From Selaginella moellendorffii (lineage: Eukaryota; Plantae; Lycopodiophyta): a DNA stretch of 64,000 nt. Position 1 is the first letter of the stretch, and the number at the start of each line of letters is the position of its first letter. A program made the translations under genes and the position numbers. Positions 55,207 to 64,000 of the stretch are shown piece by piece. The notes below the pieces were generated by a model. That model was not told where the DNA came from, did not search any database, and saw only the letters and a list, made by a program, of their open reading frames with translations. Location: the NCBI RefSeq assembly GCF_000143415.4, contig NW_003314348.1:624062-688061 (forward strand). The letters are read 5' to 3'.

Positions 55207-57447
55207 TTATGTCACTGCCTTTGTCACGTTTGAAAGTAGCACGTATGGTCCCGAAGAAGCACCTTCTTTCACCCCAAAAATCTTTTGAGATATTCTCTGT
55301 GCTCGTTCCAAGTCATTTGAGGTCTTACAGCAGCCGAGCAAGCTTGTCCACGCTACCGGCGTTGGCTCAAACGGCATAAAACTGAGCACGTCCTCTGCCA
55401 GCTCCAGCTTTCCAACTCTCCCGAGAAGGTCTGCGATGCACATGAAGTGATCGGCACTGGGCTCTATACCGTGATCTTGTCTCATGACGACGAAGAACTC
55501 GATGCCGGTTTTGAGCAAGCCTGCGTGAGCACAAGCCGAGATTATGGCGATGAAGGTAATATAGTCGGGAAGCTCACCTTGGAGGGTCATATCCTGGAAG
55601 ACTTTGAGAGCTTCCGAGCTACGAGCACACTCGGCATAAGCTGCGATCACGGCACTCCACGAAACGACGTTGGGATTGTTGATGGTGTTGAACACGTCTC
55701 TCGCTCTTTGTAAACAGCCACCTTTCGAGTACATGGTGATGAGAGCGTTTTGGACTCTGATTTGCTTCTCTAGTCCAGTCCCGAGGATGCTCGCATGGAC
55801 CATCTTCCCATCTGGTATCGAGCAGAAGTCCAAAACGCTCACAACTGTGATCGCTTCCGGCTTCACACCTTCCAAGTTCATGGCTTTGAACAGCCTGAAA
55901 GCCTCACTGCTGTGTCCATTCCGGGAGAGAGCTCCGATCATCACATTCCACGGTACTATATCCTGTCCTTGCGAACTTCCTGTGACTTCTTCGAAGACCT
56001 TCCATGCGTCTTGCAGGCTTCCACACCTCCCGTACATGTCCATAAGAGCGTTGGCAAGAAGACCGCGTCTAGGAAGTCCTGCCTCTGTAACAACACCATC
56101 AACCATTCTAGCTTTAGAGAGCTCACCAAAGCAAGAGCACGCATCAATAGCACTTAGAAACGTTACCTCGGATGGAGCCGTGCCGTCGAGGTCCATAAGT
56201 CCCAGGATTTGCAAGCCTTCCTCTCCAAGCCCGTGCTGTGCAAACACTGCGATCATCGCAGTCCATGCTATAACGTCTGGGTTTTCAATCTCTCCTAGTG
56301 TTCTTCGAGCATCCCGCACGCTCCCACACTTTCCATACGTGTTAACAAGAGCAGTCCCGACGACCACATCGCTTCCAAGTCCATCCTCGTAGACTCTCCC
56401 GTGTATTTCCCTGCAGCAACTCAAATCCTTAGAACCAGAGAAGCAATCAACGAGGGTGATAAAAGTGACTTTGTCTGGCTTCGTACCTGATAAACACATC
56501 AAGTGGAAGAGCTCCATCGCGTTCTTGCCACTGCCAAGTTGACGAGCGTATGACGCGATCATAGTGTTCCAAGAAACCACGTCCTTTGCAACCATGGCAT
56601 CGAAGAAATTTCTAGCTTTGTCTGCGAAAGCGTTGCTGGCATAAACCCACAGCATGCTGTTCCACGAAACCAGATCTCGCTCGGGCATCTCATCGAAAAT
56701 CCTCCTCGCTTCGTCGGGACAGCAGTGGCCGAACAAGCCGATCAATCCATTTCCAATCTTCAAGTCGGCGGCAAATCCAGCACTCTCAATCATCGTCTGG
56801 AGGATCTTCACCTTAGCTCTTGAGCAGAAGCCCGCAGCGCGGGAGGAAACGTTGAGAATGATCACAAAGGTGATGGAGTCCGGCTTAAATCCTTCCAAGT
56901 TCATGCGTCCAAAGTGCTCTATGGCCTGTCCCTCTTGCCCATTCTCGGCAAATGCGGATAGCATCGCGTTCCACGTTGTAGCATTCTTCCCAGGCGTCTT
57001 CTCAAAGATCTCTCTCGCCCGCTCAATCTCCCCATGGCTCGCAAACGCTTTCACAATAGTCGTCCATGACACCACATTCTTCTCAGGCATCGCCTCAAAC
57101 ACCTCCACCGCGTCCCACAAATACCCATTCTGGGCAAATGCCTCGATCAGGATCGTCCACGAGAACACATTGGGGCTCTTGATCCGGGCCAGCGCCGATC
57201 GACAACCCTGGACGTCACCGCAGCGCCCATACATCTGGATCACAAGATTCCCCAGCAGCCTGTCGCCTCCCAGCCCGGATCCGAGGATGAGATCCTCCGC
57301 TTGCCTGGCCTCCGCGATCGCGCTGAGCTTGCCGCATCTCTGGACGAGCGCCGCGAGATTGGAGAAAATGACGCCGCTAGCGCAGCTACCGCATTGCTGG
57401 ATCGATTCTTTCACCCGGAATAGGGTTACCGCCAAGGGCTCATCCAT
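55207..57447 (-). CDS. PLS-class PPR protein with E domain (no DYW)
   Basis: P-L-S triplets, HFMCIADLLGRVG, WTSLLGCC, PYVLLSNV. First ATG 57447. Confidence 0.95.
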   Translation of the reverse strand: MDEPLAVTLFRVKESIQQCGSCASGVIFSNLAALVQRCGKLSAIAEARQAEDLILGSGLGGDRLLGNLVIQMYGRCGDVQGCRSALARIKSPNVFSWTILIEAFAQNGYLWDAVEVFEAMPEKNVVSWTTIVKAFASHGEIERAREIFEKTPGKNATTWNAMLSAFAENGQEGQAIEHFGRMNLEGFKPDSITFVIILNVSSRAAGFCSRAKVKILQTMIESAGFAADLKIGNGLIGLFGHCCPDEARRIFDEMPERDLVSWNSMLWVYASNAFADKARNFFDAMVAKDVVSWNTMIASYARQLGSGKNAMELFHLMCLSGTKPDKVTFITLVDCFSGSKDLSCCREIHGRVYEDGLGSDVVVGTALVNTYGKCGSVRDARRTLGEIENPDVIAWTAMIAVFAQHGLGEEGLQILGLMDLDGTAPSEVTFLSAIDACSCFGELSKARMVDGVVTEAGLPRRGLLANALMDMYGRCGSLQDAWKVFEEVTGSSQGQDIVPWNVMIGALSRNGHSSEAFRLFKAMNLEGVKPEAITVVSVLDFCSIPDGKMVHASILGTGLEKQIRVQNALITMYSKGGCLQRARDVFNTINNPNVVSWSAVIAAYAECARSSEALKVFQDMTLQGELPDYITFIAIISACAHAGLLKTGIEFFVVMRQDHGIEPSADHFMCIADLLGRVGKLELAEDVLSFMPFEPTPVAWTSLLGCCKTSNDLERAQRISQKIFGVKEGASSGPYVLLSNVTKAVT

Positions 57448-57660
57448 GCTCAAAAGTGACACGTAAGGGAGCCACCAGGATTCAAACAGCCACGTCTGCC
57501 TCCATCTTGTGCCACGTGGGATTACACTGCCATCTCATCTCCACGTACCAGAAAATTAGTGCCACGTAGGGCAGCCAGCCCTCCACGTACCAGAAATTTT
57601 CTATGTAAAAATCTGTACAACCTATGGAAAAGCTTGAGCGTGAGAAATTTGGGCTGGTTC

Positions 57661-58045
57661 TTAGCCAGTGGAATTTCCAGAGATATAGATCCGATGGACC
57701 ATCGAATTGGTGAGTTTTCTCCGGCAAGTCGGGCACCTCTTCTGGGCCTGGATGGCGGATAGAATGCAACTCCCGCAGAACAAATGCCCACAAACCGTGG
57801 ACGTCTCGTTCTTCATCGTGTCGAAGCAAATGCCGCAAGTGAGCGATGGTTCCTTGGCCGGAGGAGGCGCTGGAGCAGCCATCTTCTTCTTCTGCGAGAC
57901 GAGATCTCGCAACTTAGCTGGGAGCGAAGAGGAACATATGTAGATCTAAGTTGGAGCTCTTTACCTGGGGTCTCTCGTACACAACCTCGCAATCTTCCGC
58001 GGTGAGATCGATCGTTGTGGGATGGACACGCTTTGATCTGTGTCG

Positions 58046-58076
<31 letters not shown>

Positions 58077-58494
58077 GGCTGCTGCTGCTGCTGTCGAGCT
58101 CTAGATTGTAGCTTTCTCGATTTTCGTGGAGGCTTCGACCCTATACGAAGATCAAGAGTGAAGAAAAGAAAAAAACCAAAGTTCTCAGCGAGATAGTAGA
58201 AACGAGAAGAAACTTTGTACCGGAAAATCCCAATCGCAGCTGTAGAAGGTCTTCCTCGGTATGATTTTCATCGCCCACGGCCTAAAGAGGCAAAGCAAAT
58301 TAGAAAAGGCAAAACAAAAGGAGAGGAAAGTTTTTTCTTCTTCTTCTCAACCAAAGAAATCTAACCTGAGCAAACGATCTGGGCGAACAGACTTGGACAT
58401 CGTCATCGTCGTCGAGGATAACAATCGCCGCGCTGGTTGAGGCATAGCCAGGCCCTTTCAACGACGACGAACTCACAGAATCAGGGCTCGACAT
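57661..58494 (-). CDS. RNF4-like SUMO-targeted RING E3 ligase (STUbL), 4 coding exons plus a probable 5'UTR intron
   Basis: SIM-like IVILDDDDD and TIDLT, polyQ, C-terminal C3HC4 RING CGICF...STVCGHLFCGSCI...CPTCRRKL...HRIY. Confidence 0.88.
58045..58093 (+). repeat. (GTT)n/(GCT)n microsatellite encoding polyQ in the STUbL
   Basis: gttgttgtt...ggctgctgctgctg reads CAG/CAA codons on the minus strand. Confidence 0.9.
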
Positions 58495-58969
58495 CAAGTC
58501 CAAGCCTCGGCGCCGCCCTGCAAAACATCGCATTGCGGATTCAATCCGAGCCCTCCCATCCGCCCGCCCCATACCTGAAAAGATCCTGAGTCGATTCATG
58601 GCGACAATGCCCGGCCGCGCCGGCAGTCCATGCGAGATGAGCGCAGCTATGGGATCCAGCAAAAGAAGCACTACTGGCAGCGGGAAGAAGCGCCCTTGCC
58701 CACAAACCCTAAAATGGGAACCATACACGAAGAAAATCCACAACTGTACACGAAAGCCGTCGATGCCCTGGCACGGACGCTCATAATCTTGCCACGACTG
58801 CGGCTGCCAACGTGGCCCTAATACCAACGGTCTGACTAGAACTAGGGCTCTTCCTAGATCTGTCCTCGATTCAAATCGAGCGTCAATCGATCGCTGCGCG
58901 GTGTGATCTAAGCAAGAGCTCCACGGCGATGCCGCAAGATCTCCTCGACTCAAGCGAGCTGGCCTTTGG

Positions 58970-61591
58970 ATGCTAATTTGCCACAAGCGATGGCGATCTT
59001 CTCTATCGGCTGGATTCATCGCTCTCAGCAAGCGAGCATTTGGAATGGAGGATTTTCAGCGGCAGCGAGAGGATCTGGCGCGGGGTTTCCAAGCTTGCGG
59101 TGACGAGGGATCGGCAGACGCGCTTGCGCAGGGCAAATTTCTCCACTCCCAGGCCGCTCGCCTAGGCCTTGATCGCGACGAGCTTCTTGCCAAGAACATC
59201 GTCCACATGTACCTCCGGTGTGGATCCATCCCCGGCGCCAGGCAGGTCTTCGACAATCTCCACGATCGCGATGTGATCCTCTGGACCGCAATGATCACAG
59301 CATATGCCCGGAATGGGGATTTCCAGCAGGGAATGGCGCTACTCCGGGCGATGCTGCTCGACGGCGTGGCCCCAAACAAGATTACGATCTTGGCCGCGCT
59401 GGGGACGACCGATTGCGTAGTGGAGGCGCGATCGATCCATAGAATTCTCGCGGTGGAGAGCGGATTGGAGTGGGATGTGAGCGTCGGGACCGCGATCGTG
59501 AGCATGTATTGCCGCTGTGGTAGCCTCGAGGACGCGATCGATCACTTCGAGCAGATGCCAGTGAAGAACGTGGTGACGTGGAGCGTCGCCATGGCCGGTT
59601 GCAAGGAGCTCCATCGCCCGGAGCTCGGGCTGGAGATCTTCCGGGGGATGCTGCTCGAGGGCGCAGCAGTGGACAAGATCACGCTCGTCACGCTACTTGA
59701 TCTGTGTTCTTCATGCGAAGATGTGGTGGTGGGGGGAGAGATCCTTCCCGACGATTTGCTCGAGAGATTCGGCGAGGAGATAGAGACCAACGTGATCGTC
59801 GGCACGGCGCTGGTGAATCTCTACGCCAAAGGTGGCGATCTGGAGAGAGCTTGCGGCGTTTTCTCGCGGATGAAGAACAGGAACGTCGTCACCTGGACGG
59901 CGCTCATCACCGCCCACTGCTGCTGCAATCGCGACGAGCAAGCGCTGGAGATCTTCCGGCAAATGCAGCTGGAGGGAGTTCGTCCCAACGCGGTGGTGTT
60001 CGTCAACGTCTTGAACGCCTGCTGCTCCATGCCCGCCGCGGGAAGAACAGTCCTGGAGCTCGTCCTCGAGTGTGGAGCCGAGCGCGACGCCATCCTCGGC
60101 AACGCCATCGTCAACATGCTCGGCAAATCCGGCCTCCTGGACGAAGCCCGCGAGTTCTTCGAGCGGCTCAAGAGCAGCGCCGCCACCCGCAAGAACTTGG
60201 TCCTCTGGAACGGGATGCTCGCGGCGTACGCGCTCCAGGGCGAGTTCCCAGCGGCCATGGAGGTGTTCGCCGGTATGCTGCTCGAGGGTGCCAAGCCCAA
60301 CCAGGCAACGTACGCCAGCGTCCTCCTCCATTCCCGCCGAGCTCTCAAGAGCGTCACCTCCCAGCGCCACCTCAAGCTCTTGCGTCTCTGCGCCGAGGAG
60401 ACCGGGCTCGGAGAAGCCATCGCCGGGTTGAGCACTCTGGATCATGGTTGCGAGCACGATGATCGCGGTCGCTCGCCCCGGGGCGTTGTTTGGTGGACGG
60501 CGCTCATCGTCGAGTCGGCTGAAGATGGTCGTTACAGCGACTGCCTGGAGCACTTTGGGACGATGCAGCTCCACGGCGTCAAGCCCAACGCGGTCACTCT
60601 CGCCAACGTTCTCTACGTCCTCGGCCTGGACCGCGGCAAGCTCTTGCACGGCGTGATGGTCGACAGCGGGGTGGCTGTGGACGTTGGCGTCGGCACTGCT
60701 CTTATGAATCTCTACGCGCGGTCCAAGCTCCCGGAGCACGGCCACCGGGTGTTCCTGGAGATGGAGGAGCACACCACCGTCTCCTGGACTGCGATGATCG
60801 CTTGCTTCGCTCAAAACTCCCGGAACGCCGAGGCGCTGGGACTCTACCGGCGGATGCATCTCGAGGGTCACCGCGCCGACGCCAAGACCTTCACCACCAT
60901 TTTGCTGGCCTGCTCGAGCTTGATCGCGCTGCCGGAGGTGAGGAGCATCCACAGCTGCGTCCACGAGAGTGGCTTCCACATCAACGACGCCGTGAGCACC
61001 ACTTTGATGAGCGCCTACGGCAAATGCGGCACCCTCGAGGACGCGTCCCGGATCTTCCTCCACAGCAGCAGCACCAATCCGCTCAACACCTCCCGCTGGA
61101 GCTCGATGATCGCCACCTCCGCCAGGCACGGCTGCGCGGCGGAGGCGGTGGCGATCTTCCACCTGATGCAGCAGGAGGGCGCTCGGGCCGACGACGTAAC
61201 TCTGCTGTGCGTCCTCGCGGCTTGCAGCCACGGCGGCATGACCGCCAAGGCCGTGGAGTTCTTCGTCTCGATGATCCACGACTACAAAGTTGGCCGGACG
61301 GGCGACCATTGCTCTTGCATGGCGGATCTCCTCGGACGGAATGGAAGGCTGGAGGATGCCGAGGAGCTCATTCGCAAGATGCCGTTTCAAGCTGCGGCGT
61401 CGGTGTGGATGACGCTGCTGGGAGCTTGTAGAACTCACGGAGATCTTCCTCGAGCTAAAGAAGCCAGTGACCAAGTATCCGGTATCAACCCCGAGCACGC
61501 ACAGAGTTATATAGTGCTCTCCAATGTCTACGCGGAGAGTGGAACTAAACAAGACCACAGGTGTTCGCGAACGAGTTGCTTAGCTCAGTGA
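58970..61591 (+). CDS. PLS-class PPR protein with E domain (no DYW) and an N-terminal organellar targeting-like peptide
   Basis: 873-aa single ORF, PLS repeats, HCSCMADLLGRNG, WMTLLGACRTHGD, SYIVLSNVY. Confidence 0.95.
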   Translation: MLICHKRWRSSLSAGFIALSKRAFGMEDFQRQREDLARGFQACGDEGSADALAQGKFLHSQAARLGLDRDELLAKNIVHMYLRCGSIPGARQVFDNLHDRDVILWTAMITAYARNGDFQQGMALLRAMLLDGVAPNKITILAALGTTDCVVEARSIHRILAVESGLEWDVSVGTAIVSMYCRCGSLEDAIDHFEQMPVKNVVTWSVAMAGCKELHRPELGLEIFRGMLLEGAAVDKITLVTLLDLCSSCEDVVVGGEILPDDLLERFGEEIETNVIVGTALVNLYAKGGDLERACGVFSRMKNRNVVTWTALITAHCCCNRDEQALEIFRQMQLEGVRPNAVVFVNVLNACCSMPAAGRTVLELVLECGAERDAILGNAIVNMLGKSGLLDEAREFFERLKSSAATRKNLVLWNGMLAAYALQGEFPAAMEVFAGMLLEGAKPNQATYASVLLHSRRALKSVTSQRHLKLLRLCAEETGLGEAIAGLSTLDHGCEHDDRGRSPRGVVWWTALIVESAEDGRYSDCLEHFGTMQLHGVKPNAVTLANVLYVLGLDRGKLLHGVMVDSGVAVDVGVGTALMNLYARSKLPEHGHRVFLEMEEHTTVSWTAMIACFAQNSRNAEALGLYRRMHLEGHRADAKTFTTILLACSSLIALPEVRSIHSCVHESGFHINDAVSTTLMSAYGKCGTLEDASRIFLHSSSTNPLNTSRWSSMIATSARHGCAAEAVAIFHLMQQEGARADDVTLLCVLAACSHGGMTAKAVEFFVSMIHDYKVGRTGDHCSCMADLLGRNGRLEDAEELIRKMPFQAAASVWMTLLGACRTHGDLPRAKEASDQVSGINPEHAQSYIVLSNVYAESGTKQDHRCSRTSCLAQ

Positions 61592-61695
61592 CAAACAATG
61601 AGAAGTACGGCATAGCGATATAAATACCAGGAAACTAGGGCAAAATATAGGCAATTTAAGGAGGAACAACGAAGGTTATACACTTACTCAAAGGC

Positions 61696-62571
61696 ATGTC
61701 GGTCACAGATCCTGGGCGGCTGGATGAGTGCCTCAAATGTTTGGCGTTTAGCTCATGGCAGGGGATGTCGAAGCAGGAAATGTGGGCCACGCTGATGCGT
61801 TTAGGGGTACCATTCAATTATTTAGCTTCGAAGCACAGTGTTCTTCTGAGAAGGCTGACTGAAAGGCCAGTGGAGAAGCCGCTCCCCTCAGTTGATGATC
61901 CCAAGCCACGCCGCAGCTTGCAGCAAGCGGAGCAGGAGAAGCAGCAGCTGCTGAGTTTCTACAAGCTGCTGGATGCATGGAAGCCCAGCCGCTGGAGCAG
62001 GAGTAGTCACCGCCTGAAGAAAGCCTACTCAAGTCTGATGGATGAGGCTAAGCCTCAGGCTGAGGCAGCCATGCGGAAGAAGTGCCGTGGCCTGCTGTTG
62101 GAGAGGAGCAGTGGCAATGACTTCTTCATCTTCAACAACCTGTTCATGAGCTGCTCGATGAGGGGATTCCAGATGCTGGCGATCCAACTGACAATGAATA
62201 GTCAGTACCTAGATGCGCTCAAGAGCAAAGCGAGCAGTAGCAGCAGCAGCCTGGCCTTACTCCTCGAGTTCTTGTCGCGCTTCCTTGAGCTCATGTTGGG
62301 AGGAATCCTGCTACAGATGAGGGACCTGCGCCTCGTGTTCATACACTGGTGCGCCATGGTGCTGGAGGAAGTGGAGGTTGCCGAGTCCAACATTTGCTGG
62401 AAGCACCTCATCGAGCTCTCCACCACGCTTCTCAGCAAGGACGAGGAGAAGCTGTTGCAGCTCCTCTGCAAAACCTGCCACCAATCACCTCCTCCAGGGC
62501 ATGCGGGTTGCCCGCATTATGAAGAAAGAACATCAACGCAGACATTAGATCGCATTATGAATGTTTGTTAA
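61696..62571 (+). CDS. Hypothetical helical protein (291 aa, single exon)
   Basis: Long ATG-initiated ORF with coding-like composition. No family confidently recognised. Confidence 0.55.
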   Translation: MSVTDPGRLDECLKCLAFSSWQGMSKQEMWATLMRLGVPFNYLASKHSVLLRRLTERPVEKPLPSVDDPKPRRSLQQAEQEKQQLLSFYKLLDAWKPSRWSRSSHRLKKAYSSLMDEAKPQAEAAMRKKCRGLLLERSSGNDFFIFNNLFMSCSMRGFQMLAIQLTMNSQYLDALKSKASSSSSSLALLLEFLSRFLELMLGGILLQMRDLRLVFIHWCAMVLEEVEVAESNICWKHLIELSTTLLSKDEEKLLQLLCKTCHQSPPPGHAGCPHYEERTSTQTLDRIMNVC

Positions 62572-62699
62572 GATAGATAAGATTAACTGTTCATGAAGGT
62601 CGGAACCCCTCGAGCTATACAAAAAGCTAGGTACTTATTTTGAGGAGTTCTCAATCACCACAAAGCTAAAGAGGTGGCAATATTCCTTCTGGAAGTTAC

Positions 62700-62990
62700 G
62701 CGACACTTAACAGGAGGGCTATTGTGTCCATACCATCCTATTGTGTTGCTGAGGTGTTGGTGGATGCTGGGCATCAATGTGTGGTGTGTGTCACTGTTTC
62801 CACCTCTTCATAGCAGAGCTGGCAAAGCCGTTCCTCCCGTCGAGACCATTCCCATCATGCAGTCGGTGACCGCCCAGCCGATATGCTGCGATCCTGTGTT
62901 TCCATTCCAGGATAACTCAGTTTTGATTTCTTTCAGTGTTCACCATTCAGAGATACCGCACGAATGTCGTAGAGTGATCAGCTCCTTGCA
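62700..62990 (-). mobile_element. Frameshifted 3' fragment of a non-LTR retrotransposon (LINE, RTE-X/L2-like C-terminal zinc-finger region)
   Basis: Two frames give HRIAAYRLGGHRL and WSRREERLCQLCYEEVETVTHTTH*CPA, matching the RLxxHxL...RxxRxCxxC...ExxxH...C pattern of LINE ORF2 ends. Confidence 0.65.
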
Positions 62991-63299
62991 GCAATGCCAT
63001 ATTCAATTTAACATTTGTGAAATGGAAAAACATACGGTGTGGCAAGCATAACTTAGTACTTAAATTCTTTTCTGTTCTTCTTAAAGAATCTATCAATCCA
63101 ATCCAGGCAACAAGCTTTGGAGGCTCCAACATCGATACAAGTGTGTGGTGCTGAAGATTTGTCTCTCGTTTTCTAAGAGAATAGAAAGCTTTACCTTGTT
63201 CTTGATCCTGCAAGAGATACAACATACAGGTAAGAATTAGAGTGCAAAAGGCATGTAAAGCTCTTGAGGAGGATGCGTTTCAGCCCATACTCAAGGTTT

Positions 63300-64000
63300 C
63301 GCTTGGTGCCAAAGGTAAACAAAAATCTATTAGTCTATTTTGGTGTAAATAATATACCTGGAATATCTAAGCATATTTTAAAATATTCTTCAATCCAAAT
63401 TTTATGTTGTTAAACTCTTCTCTTTGTAATCAATGTTTAATGCTAATAATCTTACTTATGACTAATAGAAGATTTGAGCATGTATTTGTCATGGTTTACA
63501 AGAGAAAAACAACAGCTTATCTTCTTGGCATGTACACTTAAATATATTCACCATATTCTCAAGCTTCCATGCTATCATAGACGGAAGAGAATTTGTCAGC
63601 AATGATGAGATTTGCCATATACTGCAATTGACAACGATGATTGTTCCATTGCCACAACTAGAACTATGAATCAATTCATGATATCAGGGTTATTAACATT
63701 GTTGATTGAATACTAAAAGGATTTTCTTAGCAGAGTGATTTTTCAACTAATGCAGCCAACTTGTTCAAACTCCTTGAGCTCAGCTTGGAAGCATGTTCAA
63801 TCCTCACCTCCACCACCTTAGTCAAAACATCAATAAGATCTAAAGTGCAAATTAATTTATCGAATCAAAGCTTATTGACATTGTTGATTGAATATTGAGT
63901 TGTAGTGGATCCAACATGTTCAATCCTCACCTCCACCACCTTACTCAAATTGTTCCTCACAAAGCCAACTCACCATTCAATTAGGAATGTCAATAAGCCC
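63300..64000 (-). pseudogene. Possible eroded NB-ARC (NLR) pseudogene fragment with local duplications
   Basis: Broken frames give KKILLV/INNV (kinase-2-like) and GNGTIIVVNCS (RNBS-B-like). Duplicated blocks at ~63794/63915 and ~63691/63873. Confidence 0.35.

Noticed and set aside
57951-58196. Poly-Cys ORF on the + strand
   Set aside because: Antisense reading of the polyQ microsatellite of the STUbL gene.
59711-61558. 615-aa antisense ORF opposite the PPR gene
   Set aside because: Shadow ORF caused by high GC3 codon usage of the sense PPR; no independent motifs.
1-64000. CRISPR arrays, rRNA or prokaryotic operons
   Set aside because: None seen; the window is spliced eukaryotic nuclear DNA with no repeat-spacer periodicity.

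Overview
Eukaryotic, gene-dense plant nuclear DNA with very short introns (about 45-70 bp) and tiny intergenic spacers. The lineage is inferred to be a lycophyte, most likely Selaginella, from the PLS-E PPR genes with long SS-motif arrays, a front-end Delta5-type desaturase and the compact introns. Two AT-rich islands of nested, heavily C>T/G>A-eroded LTR retrotransposons (about 1-5500 and 13950-22380) interrupt about 26 protein-coding genes. These include a coiled-coil alpha-amylase, TLP18.3, the desaturase, class I KNOX, cytosolic MDH, a CLE peptide, a Dabb protein, RPH1, a TMEM45/DUF716 protein, an RFC small subunit, three PPRs, a U-box E3, an AKR, a SPARK-type RLK, STELLO, RAD17 and an RNF4-like STUbL. 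There is also a tRNA-Ile and an aberrant tRNA-Leu. The most novel-looking element is a tandem cluster of three divergent, secreted, modular CxxC-rich orphan proteins with identical gene architecture (51962-55136). Also notable: RIP-like directional mutation of repeats, a GA-AG intron in the AKR gene, a tRNA-Leu with a miniature D-loop, a TGAC cluster in the KNOX long intron, a putative structured ncRNA near 40.3 kb and an antisense CDS overlap. All calls are from manual reading; no searches were run and some exon boundaries are approximate.
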